Source: a virus (lineage: Duplodnaviria; Caudoviricetes). From it: a stretch of DNA of 35,880 bases. The stretch covers positions 1 to 35,880 of the IMG/VR virus record IMGVR_UViG_3300039076_000100. One strand, written 5' to 3'. The position numbers were made by a program, and so were the translations under genes. Below the pieces are notes generated by a model. The model searched no databases. It saw nothing but the letters and a program-made list of their open reading frames with translations, and was not told the origin of the DNA. The first letter of the stretch is position 1; the number at the start of each line of letters is the position of its first letter. Positions 33,863-35,880 of the stretch are shown here, in pieces.

Positions 33863-34895
33863 CTTTTATGCCTTTAAAAATGTGCGCAATTACATCTACT
33901 GTCCAACCATTTCCTAGCATCTTATACGCCTGCGAATTTGAAACGTTCATTTTATAATCATCGGGAACAGTCTGAAGTCTCTTGCACTCAAGAACGGTAA
34001 GCTTTCTCCACTTTAAATCACTTGTCTCAATATTTGTACTACTTGCAAATGACTTAGTAAGTGCATGAGAGACTCCATTGACTGAAAAAACCCTATCTTG
34101 CATGTGGGGCTGCTTACCGCCCGCGCTTTTGCCTGGGTTAACTTGTAAAATTTTAGGCTCCCTATGTCCTCCGCCCATCGTTGTCAGTGTTGGCGCCTTA
34201 CCATCTGGGTGATAAACTCTCTTTATAGAATCATTTCCCTTAAGGTCGGCATCACCTACATGGCACAACTGATCTTTTGAGAAAACAAGTTGCCTTCTAT
34301 GTTTTTCAAAGTAGCTTTTTAAATTTCCACCCTTAAAGTAATTTGCATCGAGGCAATGAGATTTTTCTCTATCAACTCCTCCGTCTTCAATTATATCCTT
34401 TAACAAAATCCCCTTATGTTCTGGTTGTTGAACATTTGGAATATTTGTCCAGTAAAGCCTCTTCCTGTTTTGAGCAGAAACGAGTGCAGAATTTATCATT
34501 ATAGGCTCAACACCAAGTGCATTACTTATGACTTCTTGAAATTCTTTTTTCATCACTACGTTTTCTAACAAGAAATATTTTGGCTTACATTCTTTTAAAA
34601 TGCGAACAAACTCAAAAAATAAAGCTGATCTGGGATCGTTAAAATTTAACTGTTTCCCCGCAAATGAAAACCCCTGGCATGGCGATCCTGCAATAAGCAA
34701 ATCTATTTTCGGAAGCTCATAAGTATTAACTTTAGTTACATCGCCTAAATGAATTATGTCCGGCCAGTTTTCCTTGCTAACCTGAATAGCATATTTATCA
34801 ATTTCGCTTGCAAAATATTTATTTACTTTAATCCCTGCTTTTTCAAGGGCAATCCTTCCACAGCTCATTCCATCAAATAAACTTAATACATTCAC
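33852..34895 (-). CDS. C5-cytosine DNA methyltransferase
   Basis: LSLFDG, GSPCQGFS, LLENV, QNRKRLYW, RLQT and LGNGW motifs. Confidence 0.95.
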   Translation of the reverse strand: MNVLSLFDGMSCGRIALEKAGIKVNKYFASEIDKYAIQVSKENWPDIIHLGDVTKVNTYELPKIDLLIAGSPCQGFSFAGKQLNFNDPRSALFFEFVRILKECKPKYFLLENVVMKKEFQEVISNALGVEPIMINSALVSAQNRKRLYWTNIPNVQQPEHKGILLKDIIEDGGVDREKSHCLDANYFKGGNLKSYFEKHRRQLVFSKDQLCHVGDADLKGNDSIKRVYHPDGKAPTLTTMGGGHREPKILQVNPGKSAGGKQPHMQDRVFSVNGVSHALTKSFASSTNIETSDLKWRKLTVLECKRLQTVPDDYKMNVSNSQAYKMLGNGWTVDVIAHIFKGIKDDC

Positions 34896-35074
34896 TCTTC
34901 TTCCCCATAAATTTCCCTTAACTCTTCTTCTTCAAGGTCGCGCTCTTTTTCTAGCAACTCTCCGACGCAATACTCGCACATAATATCGTCACTGTATTTG
35001 TGGATCATTAGTTTTTCGCGTGTTTTGCACTTTGAGCAGATTGCCAATTGGTAATATTTTGCAGAGGATTTCAT
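34892..35074 (-). CDS. Small zinc-finger-like protein
   Basis: CSKC...CEYC; ATGA overlaps. Confidence 0.65.
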   Translation of the reverse strand: MKSSAKYYQLAICSKCKTREKLMIHKYSDDIMCEYCVGELLEKERDLEEEELREIYGEEE

Positions 35075-35253
35075 TCTTCTTCCTCCTCTCTGAGTTCTTT
35101 ATTTGCACAATGTGAGCATAGATATTTATGGTAGCTCCCATCGCGGACTTCGCACAGTTCCTCATCAGGGTAAATGTTCTGGCATCTTTCGCACTCAAAA
35201 TCGTCTGACTCGTCTGGAATTAAAAACTTAGCTTCTGCTCTTTCGTAACTCAT
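35071..35253 (-). CDS. Small acidic zinc-finger-like protein
   Basis: CERC...CSHC; GGAG RBS. Confidence 0.7.
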   Translation of the reverse strand: MSYERAEAKFLIPDESDDFECERCQNIYPDEELCEVRDGSYHKYLCSHCANKELREEEEE

Positions 35254-35317
35254 AATGTCTCCCTTGATGGGGATAGGTTACTTCAAGTAAGTTATTTAGT
35301 AAAGAGTAGTGAAGTTT

Positions 35318-35719
35318 TTACAATTCTTCCAAGTCGTCTATTTTAAGCGACTCTCCGGGGAATAAACTCATGAGCTTTGAAGCGCTCGCAAAAAGAACCT
35401 TTTCCAATGTGGAAAACTCAATAATATATCCTGCGCGAAAGCCGGATCTTTGAAGTCCTAGTAAGTGTTTGACTTGATCGTGATTGACTAATGAATAGCG
35501 AAAAGTCTTATCTTTGGTTGATTTGGCATCGAAGTGAATTGATGATCCTGGTTTGTGGGCAAGGAAATCGAAAGGCGTTTTAGTGCGGATGATTTTAAAG
35601 GCGCTTGCCTGTCGGCACCCATCAGGGATCCGTATAACGGTATAGCCCTTGAGCTCTAAAATCGTTTCAATCTTAGTCTCAAAGGCCTTACCTATTTTTG
35701 CGTTACTCTTGGTTTTCAA
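35318..35719 (-). CDS. RecU-like PD-(D/E)xK Holliday junction resolvase (start probably TTG 35719)
   Basis: GKAFE...KTPFDF...FDAKST...HDQ..HL motifs; directly downstream of the RecT-like gene. Confidence 0.8.
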   Translation of the reverse strand: MKTKSNAKIGKAFETKIETILELKGYTVIRIPDGCRQASAFKIIRTKTPFDFLAHKPGSSIHFDAKSTKDKTFRYSLVNHDQVKHLLGLQRSGFRAGYIIEFSTLEKVLFASASKLMSLFPGESLKIDDLEEL

Positions 35720-35880
35720 TCTCTGCCAACATCTCGATAAAAAGTTGCTTGTTAGACAGATAGTAATTGATATTTGCCAGCAATTCAATTTCCCAAGGCT
35801 TTTTAGTAGCGCGCTTTTCTATTGTTTGGGCATAGTCCTCTAGTTCTTGGAATGTAAAATCCTTGAACTGTTTTCCGCGA
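35703..35880 (-). CDS. C-terminal part of the origin-spanning RecT-like gene
   Basis: ...KPWEIELLANINYYLSNKQLFIEMLAEIENQE, stop TAA at 35705-35703, in frame with 736->1. Confidence 0.8.
   Translation of the reverse strand, partial: RGKQFKDFTFQELEDYAQTIEKRATKKPWEIELLANINYYLSNKQLFIEMLAEIENQE
35774..35880. repeat. Terminal overlap (copy 2) of a circular assembly
   Basis: Identical to 1-107. Confidence 0.97.

Noticed and set aside
35774-35880. Biological direct terminal repeat
   Set aside because: The 107-bp repeat falls in the middle of a gene, so it is better explained as assembler overlap of a circular or permuted genome.
1-35880. Alternative genetic code or stop-codon reassignment
   Set aside because: Core genes are intact and densely packed under the standard bacterial code, and all three stop codons end genes.

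Overview
This window is an apparently complete, circularly assembled dsDNA bacteriophage genome of about 35,773 bp. Bases 1-107 are repeated exactly at 35774-35880, and a RecT-like gene runs in frame across the join. The long minus-strand block (about 28.4 kb to 5 kb) has a short-tailed, P22/podovirus-type morphogenesis order: TerS, TerL, portal, scaffold, major capsid, cement/decoration proteins, adaptor, nozzle, fibre, GNAT, three ejection-type proteins, long fibre, then lysis genes, a metallophosphoesterase and a HEXXH protein. The rest holds a lambdoid-type initiator with internal 11-bp iterons, a DnaB-like helicase, RecT- and RecU-like genes, two DNA methyltransferases, HNH and HTH genes and many small ORFs. 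I found no integrase, DNA polymerase or primase. The most striking candidate system is three virion-type proteins (capsid cement and two fibres) with Sec signal peptides and even numbers of cysteines, together with an O-antigen-ligase/oligosaccharyltransferase-like membrane protein translationally coupled inside the same structural operon. This suggests periplasmic folding and possibly glycosylation of virion parts (inference). Other signals are a roughly 240-nt structured RNA with a tRNA-like T-arm and a pseudoknot, an unannotated 20-aa histone-tail-like Gly/Lys peptide, a His-rich insertion in the portal, and a leaderless-type portal promoter. The host is Gram-negative and possibly Bdellovibrionota (inference only). 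All family calls come from motif recognition and synteny; no database searches were run.
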